The notes: a model not told the origin generated them from the sequence alone. Shown: positions 11,503 through 23,336, numbered from the whole stretch's first letter. The stretch: 59,187 nt of DNA, filler included, from Sphacelaria rigidula (GCA_964200075.2; 9 parts of 9 records of this genome joined end to end with filler, not necessarily neighbours in it); one strand, 5' to 3'. Translations and numbers: made by a program.

Positions 11503-13004
11503 TAGGCTTTTGTTCCGTATGCGCGCGCATCAAGTTTAGCTTGATTTCGGTTTTATGAGCTTAAATAGGCCTGTTTAGCGCAAGGCTTGTAATCGGCTTA
11601 TAACGCTTGAAAACGAGCTTAACTTCCTTAAAACGCGCATAAACGCGCATAAAACGCGCATGAAGTTGCGATATTTGTTTGCTCGCAAGTGCTCCATGTG
11701 GCATAACTCGCCACCAGACAGGCTGACAGGCGTCAGGCTTCGGGCTTCAACACTGAATACTTCAGATTTCCATGGTCATGTTCCGTGTTCCTATTTTGCT
11801 CCGGGTCTGATGAGCAGACTGCTCCAGTTTATATTTAATACACACGTTACTATGTTCTTTTTAAAGATGTGACAAGATACTAAATAAGCAATACACTTGT
11901 GATTTGTACAGCAGACAACAGTAGTAACATCAGCACCAACAGAGAGAAGCGATAACGAGCGATAGCAGCGTGTGTAACTCACGGGGCCATGGCGAGCCTG
12001 CTGTCCGAGAAGGACGACTTTTTGGTCGCGGCCTCAGGCGCGCACTCGGAGTACGGTTTGCTGTCGTTTTGACATGACAACAAGAACAGGCTTCCCAGTT
12101 GGTATCTCGTGGCGATGGATATTGTACTTATCGAGCCATTGTTCGCGTCTACAGAGCGAGTGTTTTCGATTTTGAGGGGGTGCTTCAACTCCCGGCAGGA
12201 GAAGACGTTACGTGATCCGAGCAATGCTACGGTAGGGGTGCACTCTTTTCGCGAAATGTTGTCTGGTTCAGGGGCTCCTAACGATTCTAGAGGCACAAGA
12301 ATATAAGTCAGGGCATCCCCGTTTGCAGGTTCATTCGGGATATTCCCAGCACATTGGGATAGTAATCCTGGTGTACTCTCGCATATTTTCATAAGTCGCG
12401 TTTTGGAAGAGATAAAGGGTTCCTAACACTTCTAATCTCAGAAAATATGTGTGCACCCCTACCGTAGCATCACTCACCCGATCAAACCCGTAGTTATGAT
12501 GAAGTACAATCGGTACTGATAGTTCGACAAGATTTTCAATTTCGACTGACGGTAGATGACGCGGGGGGGGGGGGTGGTAGCTTGTAGCTTGTAGCTTGCC
12601 GGGCGAGAGGCCAAAGGCTGCAATGCCCGGTGTCTAGAGGCTACAATGCCGTACTGCTGTATCAAGTATCGTAAGTGTAGGGACGTTTGTTGTTTCCTTA
12701 CCTGGGTTAGGGTGTTGGTGTGCAGGTTGTGTTCTCCAAACTCAAAACTGAAAAAAGCTTCATTTTTTTATTATATATAATCAACAAAACTTCGAATGCC
12801 CAACTTGCCGTCTTGTCCTCATGCTAGAAGGGGCGCCTCGTGAGGGGAAACTCCCACAACGCCACAACAAGGGCGGGGATAAGGCGCATAAAGCGCGCCT
12901 AATTTGCGCTAGAAAGGCTTCAAATGGGGCTTGAAAAAAAGTTATAAGAAAAATGAATGGAGCTTAATTTCATGAAAAAAACGCGCATACGGAACTAAAG
13001 CCTA
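11503..13004. mobile_element. Non-autonomous hAT element with 8-bp TSD
   Basis: ACCAGGGC|TAGGCTTTTGTTCCGTATGCGCG ... CGCGCATACGGAACTAAAGCCTA|ACCAGGGC, with subterminal CGCGCAT(A) repeats. Confidence 0.9.
12230..12464. mobile_element. TA-flanked Tc1/mariner-type MITE nested in the hAT element (family C copy 1)
   Basis: TA|CGGTAGGGGTGCAC ... GTGCACCCCTACCG|TA. A second copy lies at 54291-54524. Confidence 0.8.
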
Positions 13005-13176
13005 ACCAGGGCAGGGAAAACGAAAGACCGAAACCAAACCCAAACTCAACCATGTGCAAGAATCATAACGTCGAAANNNNNNNNNNNNNNNNNNNNNNNN
13101 NNNNNNNNNNNNNNNNNNNNTTAATTAATTAANNNNNNNNNNNNNNNNNNNNNNNNNNNNNNNNNNNNNNNNNNNN

Positions 13177-13225
13177 CTAACTCCAAATATTGGCCGGCGC
13201 ATCCGCCTACAGACGTTCATGCAGC
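13177..13225. mobile_element. Terminal fragment of a family B Tc1/mariner element at the contig start
   Basis: CTAGGCTGGCCCAGCTCG|TA matches the termini at 22022, 22136 and 23336. Confidence 0.6.
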
Positions 13226-14429
13226 CTCTAGGCTGGCCCAGCTCGTAGTGACAACGATACAATATTCTACCTCTTGCGGATCGTACCTGCTCACAAAAGG
13301 GATCGGCACTCGAACCACTACCTTGGTGTCGAAGACCGGCCCCGGCGCCCCAGCCCAGCCGAAGTCCTAGTAACGGTAACAAATATTGTCAAAGTTTAGA
13401 CTACCAGTATAGACGGTAGCGGGAATTGCTTTATTCGTGGGCACTTTTCTTGAGTTTCACGGTCGTGAGGTGATGATTCACCTCACATAGACTATGTCGA
13501 ATGAAAGACCTCTTCAAGGATTTTCCAACCCAGGCTTGAGTATCCGTGTTTTCTTGGGCTAGGCGCTCCTGAACACGTGATTACGAGTACTTATTTCAGA
13601 ACAACAATAGCATATGGGGATATTCGCATTTTTCTCGACACCAACTGCAAATGTATACTGCGTACTTTGTACCGCCCGTGAGTACGGCTTTCCGTCAACA
13701 CCTGGTTCGTGCTGTAGGTCGTCATTCCACACGATTTATTAAACAAAAAACATGCCGTGTCGATGGTGCCTGGTCGTCATCCATGCCCCCTGTATTTTCT
13801 ATACAATTATATTTCTCGTATAGAACCAGTACAAGGCGCTTAGCACGAACGTTGGGGGATTAGGCTTTAGCTTCATATGCGCGTTTTTTTTTCAATTATG
13901 CTCACTTCTTCCTTACATACATGATGTGCCACCTTGTTTCAAGTCCTTTCCAGCAAAAATATGCGTACTTTATACGCCTTCTTCGCGTCCTTGTTGAGGT
14001 GTTGTGACAGTATCCTCCCACGAGGCGAGCCTTTTAGCACGAGGAGAGGGCGACACTTGAGGTATTCGACGTTTAAAATATATACACACTGAAAAATAAA
14101 AACTTTTATTTGATTATTGAGTTTGAACGCCGCCCCAAACCACCTTAAAAAAAATAATGAAGTACAAAATCTTGATTATATTCTTCAATTCAACATAGTA
14201 TCACGTATATGAAATATACAGCGAAACGCTTCCGGATCAGATCCGCAACCATGAGAGTTTGGAATATTGCAGCCTGTCTGGTGACGGGTGACAAGTCACG
14301 CCATAGGCCATAGGGGGCACTTTCAGATAGCTGCTGCAATGGCTGGAGGAGGCGCATGAAAATTTATCGCAGCTTCATGCCCGTTTCAAGCACATTATAA
14401 GCTTGTTGGAAGTTTCAAGCTCGCCTTAA

Positions 14430-15394
14430 CCCTTTTGGGACCGGACCCCCACTAACACAGGGTTGACCCTGTGTTCGTGGAATAATTAAAAATAAGTCTT
14501 CGAGCGACCACTTGGAAACCTGGAGAGGCTTATCTGGGCCCCATCCCTGGCCCAGATAAGCCTCTCCAGGTTTCCAAGTGCAGCATGGTCGCGGCTTGGT
14601 CTTACGGTATTACTTGCACTCAGTATACCGTTTCCAAGTTTTTCCGGAGTGTTTTCTGGGTCCCAATTCTGTACTGAAACGAAGTAATTTACGCTAGACA
14701 GGGTGGGCCGGAAAAAACCGGGAAGGAATGTACATGCCACCATGTGGTCATTTTTACGAGGCACAAAATCCAGGTGGGCTGTGGAGAGACAGAAGGAGCT
14801 ACCGTAATGAATTCTGCGTATCCCTCTGCCGATGACTTGTCGTGTGCTGTCCACATGTATGTTGTGGACATGGATGACAAAGCTGCATATAGGCAGCTGA
14901 TTTCGGTAGCTGAGAATTGCCCAAGACGTGCAAGGGAGTATGCAGCGGCAGCTGTTGCTTCAGTCGGAGATGCATACTAGACAGTACTGTACTATACTGT
15001 TGTATGCATGCGCGCCGCAACGCTAATACCGTTGGGAGAGAACTTGCCGGATGCAACAAGGTGGGAAATGGCGGCCCACCCCGACCACAAAGGGCTGTGT
15101 GGCAAGGTGATGGGGACCAAAAGTATCATCCAAAGCCACAAGTGGCGGGCGGCCCGCCGGTCGTCGCCTCCTGTTAAAAGCTCTCTGCCACGACCCATAC
15201 TGCTTGCTACAATGGATGTACACCACCTAATGCGCACCCTGCACCTGAAAATAGAGTGGAACTTTTGGTCTTTGTCATAATCCTGCGGTCACAGACGAAG
15301 ATTTTCAGCAACACGCCACTGTTTCGTGCAGACGCTAGACACGTCATTCCTGACCAGCCTCATCGGTCGTTCTGGAGGCCCGATCCCAAAAGGG
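14430..15394 (+). mobile_element. Internally deleted piggyBac-like element, copy 1
   Basis: TTAA|CCCTTTTGGGACCGG ... CCGATCCCAAAAGGG|TTAA. Confidence 0.88.
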
Positions 15395-15398
15395 TTAA

Positions 15399-16853
15399 CC
15401 TTTTTGGGACCCACCCCCAACTAACACAGGATTGACCCTGTGTTAGTGAAATAATTAAAAATAAGTCTTCGAGCGACCTGCCCAATCACGGCGAGGTGAA
15501 AAGTATCGAACAGACCCGAACGACCAGCGCGGGGATTGTTGGCGGGTGTGATGCCACTGCAAAGATCGTGTCGGGGCCCTATCCCTGGCCCAGATAAGCC
15601 TTCTCAAGTTTCCAAGTGCAGGGCGGTCGCAAAGTTAGCAAGGGTAGGTCGAGTAGAGAGTATGTACTTTTAAATGCTCTAGTAATATACTCAAGTATTT
15701 ACTCTACTCCACGTTTGAGTAGGTCGAGTACGGCCTCGAATACTTCACTCAAATTTTGAGTAGGTCGAGTACGATCTCAAATACTCTACTCAAATTTTGA
15801 GTAGATCAAGTACGACCTCAAATACTCTACTCGATTTTGAGTAAGCACTCTCAGTAATACTTGAGTATAGAGTATCACTTGAGTATGACCCCAATACTCT
15901 ACTCAACTTTTGAGTAGGTCGAGTATGGTCTCAAATACTCTACTCGGATGATTGAGTAGGTTGAGTACGACCTGAAATACTCTACTCAGACTTCGAGTAC
16001 TAAAAGCATGACTCTTCAAAAATACTGAGTATTGAGTATACTCTACTCGACCTACCCTAGGAACTTCGTTGTATGATATTACTTGCATTCAGTACAGCGT
16101 TACCGAGTTTTTCAGAGTCTTTTGGGTTACAATTTTATACTAAAAATTAGTAATTACACCAACACAGGGTCGACCGGAAAAACCGGGAAGGAGTGTACAT
16201 GCTACAATGTGGTCATTTTCACGAGGCTCAGGTGGGCCGCGGAAAGACGAAAAGAGCTACCGTCATGAATTCTGCCTATCCCTCCGCCGATGACTTGCAG
16301 TGTGAACTTAACATTTATGTAGTGGGCGGGGATGAAGAAGCGGTATAAAGGCAGTTGATTTCGGTAGCTGAAAATTGCCCAGGACGTGCAAGGGAATATG
16401 CAGCGGCAGCTGCTGCTTCAGTCGGAGATGCATACTAGACAGTACTGTACTACACCGCTGTATGCATGCGCGCCGCAACGCTGATACCCTTCGAAGAGAA
16501 TCTGCCGCATGGAACGAAGGGGGAAATTGCGGCCCACCCCGACCACAAAGGGTTGTGTGGCAAGGTGATGGGGACCAAAAGTATCATCCGAAGCGATCAG
16601 TGGCGGGCGGCCCGCCGGTCGCTGCATCCTGTTGGAAGCTCTCTACCGCGACCCATACTGCTTGCTACATCATATGTACACCTCACGCGCACCTTGCACC
16701 TCAAAATAGATTGAATGAGACTTTTGGTCTTCGTCATAACCCTGTGATTAAATACGCGGATTTCCAGCAATACGCCACTGTTTCGTGCAGACGCCAGACA
16801 CGTCATTACTGACCAGCCACATCGGTCGTTCTGGAGGCCCGGTCCCGAAAGGG
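15399..16853 (+). mobile_element. Internally deleted piggyBac-like element, copy 2 (tandem, shares the TTAA at 15395-15398)
   Basis: TTAA|CCTTTTTGGGACCC ... CCGGTCCCGAAAGGG|TTGA, collinear with copy 1. A decayed Cys/His-rich peptide (SCWKLSTATHTACYIICTPHAHL...FGLRHNP) resembles a transposase C-terminus. Confidence 0.85.
15641..16058. mobile_element. MITE with internal ~41-bp minisatellite, inserted in piggyBac copy 2
   Basis: TIR AGGGTAGGTCGAGTAGAG / CTCTACTCGACCTACCCT. Units of TTGAGTAGGTCGAGTACGAyCTCAAATACTCTACTCAAATT start at 15715, 15756, 15797, 15837, 15910 and 15952. Absent from piggyBac copy 1. Confidence 0.85.
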
Positions 16854-18258
16854 TTGAGATTTCGAAAAAAAACTTAATATAAGCAAAAAAAAACAAATTA
16901 AGCTAAACCTAATGCGCGTATACGAAACATCCTATGGGGGATGGATGAAAGCGTGGCCCATGGCACATGGAAAGCAAATGCTGAGATGGGCAAAAGAAAT
17001 GCCGACCTCTGTTCCCAGCGTACTTCCCTACAGCGCTGCGGGGCACGCGGTGTGCGAAGCTGAAAGTCCACACTGGACCTTCTCTTACCCGCAGCAATCC
17101 CAAAGTAAAACATTTGCAATTCTCCTGCTCGTACAGAGAGTTTCAGTGCAGACTGAATTCGGGGCTATGATCAGGGATATCCGTCATTTTTGGTAGCTCT
17201 TCGATGATAAAAAGTTTTCGGGCGGGCGCGTTTTTTCAGGGTGATTTCTGCTAGTTGAAAACCAGTACAGACGGTAGATACCCAGCATCTCGTCGGTTGC
17301 TTTTGTACTTGATCGTTCCTTTTACAGTACAAGCGGGTGCAAGGTTCTGAACATATAGGCCTGCACTACTCTACGACGAGTGCGAACCACCTGCGTGCTT
17401 GCATCAGTTGGTCAGTTCAGTCTCCATTGCTAGACACGGGTTGCGTGCACAGAGGGCGAGCGGTCAATCCTCATGACAAGTACTAGGGCGTCAGTATGAA
17501 ACGCTCTTGCGGACGGTAAGCGACACCGGCGCGGTGAAACTCGGAAATCACCCTGTCAATGTTGATTCAAATACTACACACGGCGACAGAGTTGGGTGAT
17601 TGTGATTTTTATCACTCAAGAAATCTTCAGAAAGATGGGAGACAGGCTATAGGGAAGAGCAGCTCGCGTTTGCTTCACTTGTGCGAGCTCACAGAACCCT
17701 TGCACGATGACTCGACGTTCAGTAATGTAGACCTGTAGGTGACGGCCCATAACACCGCCCCCGGCGCGCGCTACATCGACCTCCCCGAGAAATGCAACCC
17801 TCTCATAGCGACATATTCAGTTCCATCAAGACTTATGTTCGAAAATCTATCCCGAAAAAAAAGAAGATAACGGCACACAACCCCCCCGAGCTTCGGGAAA
17901 GGTAGCGCTTGAAAGGCAACCTAGGGGGTGTTATACTCCGTCACCTATTGTAAGGGAAGTGCTGACACAGGAACACTGGCAGAGAAGAACAAAAACCGCT
18001 GCCAAGGTAATGCTGCTTCTTCCAGAAGGGCGCATAGAGGCATGCACATAACTCGCTCTCTCTCTTTCTGTAACATCTCATCATTTCTCACCTCCTTGCT
18101 CTCCCTCTCTCTCTCTCTCTCCCTCTATCTCTCTCTCTCTTTCTCTCGCTGCCTGCCTGTGACGTGCTTTCACCTTTCTTGCGGATTAGTAATACACCAC
18201 AGTTATGGACCAGCCTCATTGTTCAAGAGGAACTTTTCAGCGGGGGGTATGCCGTCAG

Positions 18259-18384
18259 TATGACAAAGGCAAGATTGAATTGGTCCGAATTTTTCCGAGC
18301 GCTCCACCCGAAACGTACCGTCGGTATGAGAAAGGCAAGATTGAATTGGTCCGCATCTTCCCGAGCGCTCCACCCGAAACGCAC
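18259..18384 (+). repeat. 66-bp tandem duplication, possibly coding
   Basis: Two units translate as YDKGKIELVRIFPSAPPETYRR and YEKGKIELVRIFPSAPPETH. Confidence 0.85.
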
Positions 18385-19448
18385 TACTCGTATCCATCGA
18401 CCACCGACCAGTCGCCTACCTGCCCTCCGCTCGCGGCAGATTCATTGGGTTTGGGCCGTTGGTATAGCGTATAAGCATTGGGACTATGGAACAGCGAGAT
18501 GTATAAAATAGTGCATAACGCAGAGTCAGTTTGCAGCGGATGGTACTGCAACGCCGAGTTACGTCCCGCAGCGTCATTCAGCCCTACGGAGGACTAACAC
18601 TCATCACCCAGAAGCACGCGCATTGTTATTCCTTTTCAACAATAATATGAAGGCGGCATGCTGATCATATAAGAGGAGAACAGAGGAACCGTTACCATTC
18701 CCATCTTCGACTCTGCTCAAGCTGTTGCTACTGTTATTGTAGCAGCAGCGGAAGCTCCCCTGATGGCGGCTCTCAACACAACACAGTTCTTCTTTGTGAC
18801 CTACTCGGTCAGGGATGAGATAGGTTTCCGCATCATCACCCCTCCTCTGACTCCTCCGCGCCTTTCTCGACCCCCACGTACCACGTTGCGTCAAAGTGGC
18901 AGTGATCCAGTCTGTACCGTAGACAAATCAATTACTCCGCTATCCTTGCGTGCGGTAGCCTCCGAGGCACGCAGGTTCTCGTGGAGACGGCAACCGCCGT
19001 GTTTCGAAGGCTGATTTTGCTTTTTGCGCCCTCGTACGGCCAACCGTCCGAACGCGATACACCCCAGGAGATGCGTTGCCAATCTGACTGGCATTCTCTA
19101 GTGTGATAGAACGTGGTTCGATCGCGCGCTTAGGGACGGGGTATCTTGGCCTATCAGTCAACATAGATGCATGTGAGCATTGGTCTTTATATGAGCTGCA
19201 GATTCGTAGCTTTTGTCAAGTGGTGACGCTTTGCGAAACGGGGCAAGGGCATTCTTCGGGCCGCAGACGTGCCTGAACCGTGGATTTGTTCGGTTTATTT
19301 TCCAGTTGAAGCGCGAAAGCTGTTCGTAGGATGGCCCGGGGTGGTCAGTAAGATACCCCCTGTCGGGATAAGGTACAATGGTCTAGTGGCATACTTGTTT
19401 TGACTTCCGGGTACTACGCGGGATGACTTTATATTGTGATGTTGCCGA

Positions 19449-19564
19449 CTACACGGGTGGCCACTGAGGTGCCTGCAACCTCAAATTTGGACGTTACAGA
19501 CGTTGCACAAGGCCTGTAACGTCCAAATTTGAGGTTGCAGGCACCCCAGTGGCCACCTGTGTAG
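19449..19564. mobile_element. Near-perfect hairpin micro-MITE, TA-flanked (Tc1/mariner-type)
   Basis: TA|CACGGGTGGCCACTGAGGTGCCTGCAACCTCAAATTTGGACGTTACAG ... CTGTAACGTCCAAATTTGAGGTTGCAGGCACCCCAGTGGCCACCTGTG|TA. Arms are ~51 bp with 2 mismatches. Confidence 0.85.
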
Positions 19565-19764
19565 ACATACGTGAGTGGTGCTTGTCACATCTTGAGACTT
19601 TGGCGCCTACTGGGCCCACTCCCCTTCCTTCCCTCTCCATCAACAAAGCTTTATATACATTTCTNNNNNNNNNNNNNNNNNNNNNNNNNNNNNNNNNNNN
19701 NNNNNNNNTTAATTAATTAANNNNNNNNNNNNNNNNNNNNNNNNNNNNNNNNNNNNNNNNNNNN

Positions 19765-19830
19765 TTTGTAGGGATGCGAGGTCAATGGTCCTATGACTAT
19801 GGCATGCATGATCATGAGTACACCCCCCCC
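19765..19830 (+). mobile_element. 3' tail of the poly(C)-bounded Penelope-like element at the contig start
   Basis: TTTGTAGGGATGCGAGGTCAATGGTCCTATGACTATGGCATGCATGATCATGAGTACA followed by C8. Confidence 0.75.
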
Positions 19831-20255
19831 TGAAAGCCCGTGATCTGACGAGAAATATGGTACAAACAGATTTGAAATCGATGAGGTCAGTACAGAGTTA
19901 TGAGGAAGAACGTGTCCAAATAAAGCAAAAAACAAATGCACATCTTTTAGTCGTATCTCATGGAAGGCCTCACCACTTTTTATCCTCATGCGCTGAATTC
20001 CCGTCAGATCACGGACTTTCAGGGGGGTGACGGCCTTTTCGCACGATTAGACCACCCTGGTGTGAATAACAAAAATCTCCATTCCGCAAACAAGATCCGT
20101 TCTTCATCTCGCTAACATGTTATAGCCAGATGACCTACCCTCGCTGTCAAAGGGTCGAGCGATTCCGCGCAAGCTATGACACGCGGCTGAACTTCTCGTA
20201 TATCATAAGGCATGCTCCCATGTGTTCGGCGCCAAATCACAGCTGCTCCAAGGTA

Positions 20256-22022
20256 CCAGCTGGGCCAGCCCAGACGCAGGTTTCAGCGCTCAAAGCAATA
20301 TTTCATCAACACAAACGAGTTGGGCTGTGATCCGCACATCGTATTAATCATCTAATCAAGGGGAAGGTGCTCATGTGCTCAAATGTCTGGGCCAGTTGTT
20401 TCTCGTTGATTAGATCCCCGTGTCTAGTGATTCTTGTACCGTACGGAGATAACGTCCATACTAAAGTCTTCATGAAACCCCGAACGATAATGTACATCTG
20501 ATTATGACGATTTTTGGTGTGAACACTACCTGGAGCACAGAAAAATGATCGATACCCTCACTTTTACCTAATTCGTTATCTATCTCGAGATGTGACGCAC
20601 GTAAGGTTCAATACTAAAATCAAAATACTTCGAGCTGAGGCACTAAATGCACTAGAGTAAATCTGGATACTGCGTCTCAGTTTCTGGGAGTTGTGCTTTG
20701 CAATTGCAATTCACCTGAAAGTTAATAAAGTACGTCGATTGAATGAAAAATCAATTAAAATCACATTGTGGACAGTGCACGTTATGGGTTGGGGTTGGAT
20801 TATCATTTTTGGAAAAAGGGAAGGCAATATCAGTTTTTTTCGTTTCTTCACGTTAATTCGTGTTTTTTCTTGTCTTCAGGGGAGTTTTGAGGGAAAATGG
20901 ACAACGCTCTCGGAACCCATCTCAGCTTTTTAAATCGATTTTGAGAATTGAGATTGCGAAACTCATCATGGAGAATGGCGAAGGCATGTCGAAAAAAAAC
21001 ATGGGCCTTCAATTTTTTTCTGGAGGGGTGTGGGCGTTCTCGTGGAAATATGGTCCTTACTATACTTGGACGTCTTAAACAAGGGGGGAAATATTGTTCC
21101 GAATTTTGCCTGACCCGTTTTCTAAACCGCCCTGTCTCACCTTGATTTTGCAAGTTGGACTTTGAAACTTGGCACGGAGGAATAGGGTATGCTAAGGCCG
21201 CTCCTGATAACAGACGAAAATTCAAATTTGAAAAAGTGCTTTTTTGGTGCTTTCATGTCGTGATACGCTCTCAAAGAGAGCTAGGCGGAGTTTGACGCCT
21301 TGCAAGGATTGCTCTACTCGTTGAGGTGGTTCCACGAAATCTTCCCGTTCTCCGGTGGCCGTAGTTTTTATTTTGGCAAAACAACAATTTTTGTCCAGAA
21401 ATGGTCAAGAACGGTCAAATCTAGAAAGAATGGTCATCTTTCTTTTGACTTGACCGTTCTTGGATAAATATTCCTGTTTGGCCAAAATAAAAACTGTGGC
21501 CACCGGAAAACGAAAATATGTCCTGAAACCGCCTCAACTAGTTCAGCAAGTCATTCGAAGGTGTCAAACTCCGCCCAGCTTCTTTTTTGGGTGTGAAACG
21601 ACGTAGAAGCACCATAAAGACACTTTCCCTGTTTCTTTTCCGTCTGTTATCAGAAGCGGCCTAAAGAGCTGTCGATAAGGATCCGCATGCTTTTTTTTAT
21701 CGTGAGTTCACGGTATTGTACTGATATCTAGGTACCGATTCTCGACATTAACCCTTATGGAAGCCCATTGACAACATGTGTTTTTTGCCAATCGGCATCA
21801 TTTTCAGTCATTTTCAAGTCAAAATGATGCCGATTCACATAAACAAAAATCGTCAATGGGTTCCAGAAGGGTTGACTCACGAAAAAAAAACTGTGGGTCC
21901 CGATCGACAGCTTTTTAGCTTGCCCTATTTTTTCCCCGTGCCAACTTTCAAAGTTCCCCAACAAAATTGAGGTGAGACGGGGTCTGCAAACCACAAATTC
22001 GAGTCTAGGCCGGCCCAGGTCG
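20256..22022. mobile_element. Family B Tc1/mariner-type non-autonomous element containing a Harbinger MITE
   Basis: TA|CCAGCTGGGCCAGCCCAGA ... TCTAGGCCGGCCCAGGTCG|TA. Confidence 0.8.
21196..21661. mobile_element. PIF/Harbinger (Tourist-like) foldback MITE with TAA TSD
   Basis: TAA|GGCCGCTCCTGATAACAGACG ... CGTCTGTTATCAGAAGCGGCC|TAA, palindromic over its whole length. Confidence 0.9.
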
Positions 22023-22135
22023 TATGTTGAGACTTTTTTGCCCTTCGTAACGCAGAAAACGACTGGTTGTTAACGTAATTCAATTCAACGCGCCGGATTT
22101 CATTCTCTGGCAGTTGGATGTTTCAACATACTGTA

Positions 22136-23336
22136 TGAGCTGGGCCAGCCTAGGGGCGAATTTGTAGTTTGCAGGCCCATTCGCCGGTCAACATTTAGAG
22201 TTGTACCCTAACATCTGATATGGGCCATGAATAAGTCATAAAAGAACGATTACCCGCGCATACAAACATGATTTAGTTCATTTCATGATTCAATGGCATT
22301 TGACTGATACCTGAGAACTGATAGTTGCCTTCAACTCATGCAAAAAAGATTCCTTGTGTAAACGGGTACTTTGTTTTTAGTATACCCTACACATGGTCCG
22401 TACCATATTATAGGCTCCAACTTTAAATATTTCTTGGCCGGCGAACGAGCCGTTTTGTAACCGGGTCGGTAGAAATTCGGAACAGTACATTGCAGGCCAC
22501 ATACCGACCCACGTTTGGTGCTTTTGTCTTGAAATTTTGGGTGGGATCTCGCTCGGGCATAACGAATAAAAAAAGTGGGTCAGCTTTGTGTTTATATGCC
22601 TTTTCACTCGTTTAGAGCGTTTTAGTATAGTAACAACCATTTTCTTCACGATAACACCCGGACCTCTCCTAAAAAAAACGAAAGTGAAGGCCCATTTTTT
22701 TTCATTCAGCATACCTCTGTAGTTCTCCATGCTAAGTTTCAGATCACAGTTCTAAATATTGAGCTTCAAGATCAAGAAAAGGGCCAAGAGCAATGTTCAT
22801 TTCTCCTCAGAACTGCCCCTAAAAAACGAAAAAAATGAGGAACGAACACATGAAATAAGTGTTTTTTTATTTTATCACGTACTAGCGGTTCTCCGTACGA
22901 ACTTTCAAAGCACAAGTCCCAAAAACCGAGACGCGATATCCAGATTTAGGACATCTAGTGCTTCTGCTTGTGATGTATTGGTTTTTATATAGAACATGAT
23001 GTGCATCATATCTCGAGATGGATAACGAATTAGGTGAAGATATATATCGTCTCCCCGTGCTCCAGGAAATGTCCACACCTAAAATCGTTGTCATCCGCTG
23101 AATGTATCGTTCGGGGTTCCATGTAAATTTTGGTATGGACGCTATCTCCGTACGGTATAGGAATTACTATAGATGGGGTTTAATCAATGAGAAAAAATGA
23201 TCCTGAATTTTGAGCACATGGGCACATTCCCCTTGAGTAGACGATGAATACGATGTGATGATCACGGCCCGACTCGTCTGTGTCGATGAGACATTGCTTT
23301 GAGAGCTGAAATCCGTTTCTAGGCTGGCCCAGCTCG
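22136..23336. mobile_element. Family B Tc1/mariner-type element, inverted relative to 20256-22022
   Basis: TA|TGAGCTGGGCCAGCCTAG ... CTAGGCTGGCCCAGCTCG|TA. Region 22440-23336 is the diverged reverse complement of 20256-21130. Confidence 0.8.

Larger units (their letters stand above)
13861..16934. mobile_element. Non-autonomous hAT element, same family as 11503-13004 in opposite orientation, carrying nested insertions
   Basis: TGGGGGAT|TAGGCTTTAGCTTCATATGCGCG ... TGCGCGTATACGAAACATCCTA|TGGGGGAT (8-bp TSD). Confidence 0.85.

Noticed and set aside
15715..16000. CRISPR-like array of palindromic ~41-bp repeats
   Set aside because: The units are contiguous with no unique spacers, lie inside TIRs in eukaryotic DNA, and no cas genes are present.
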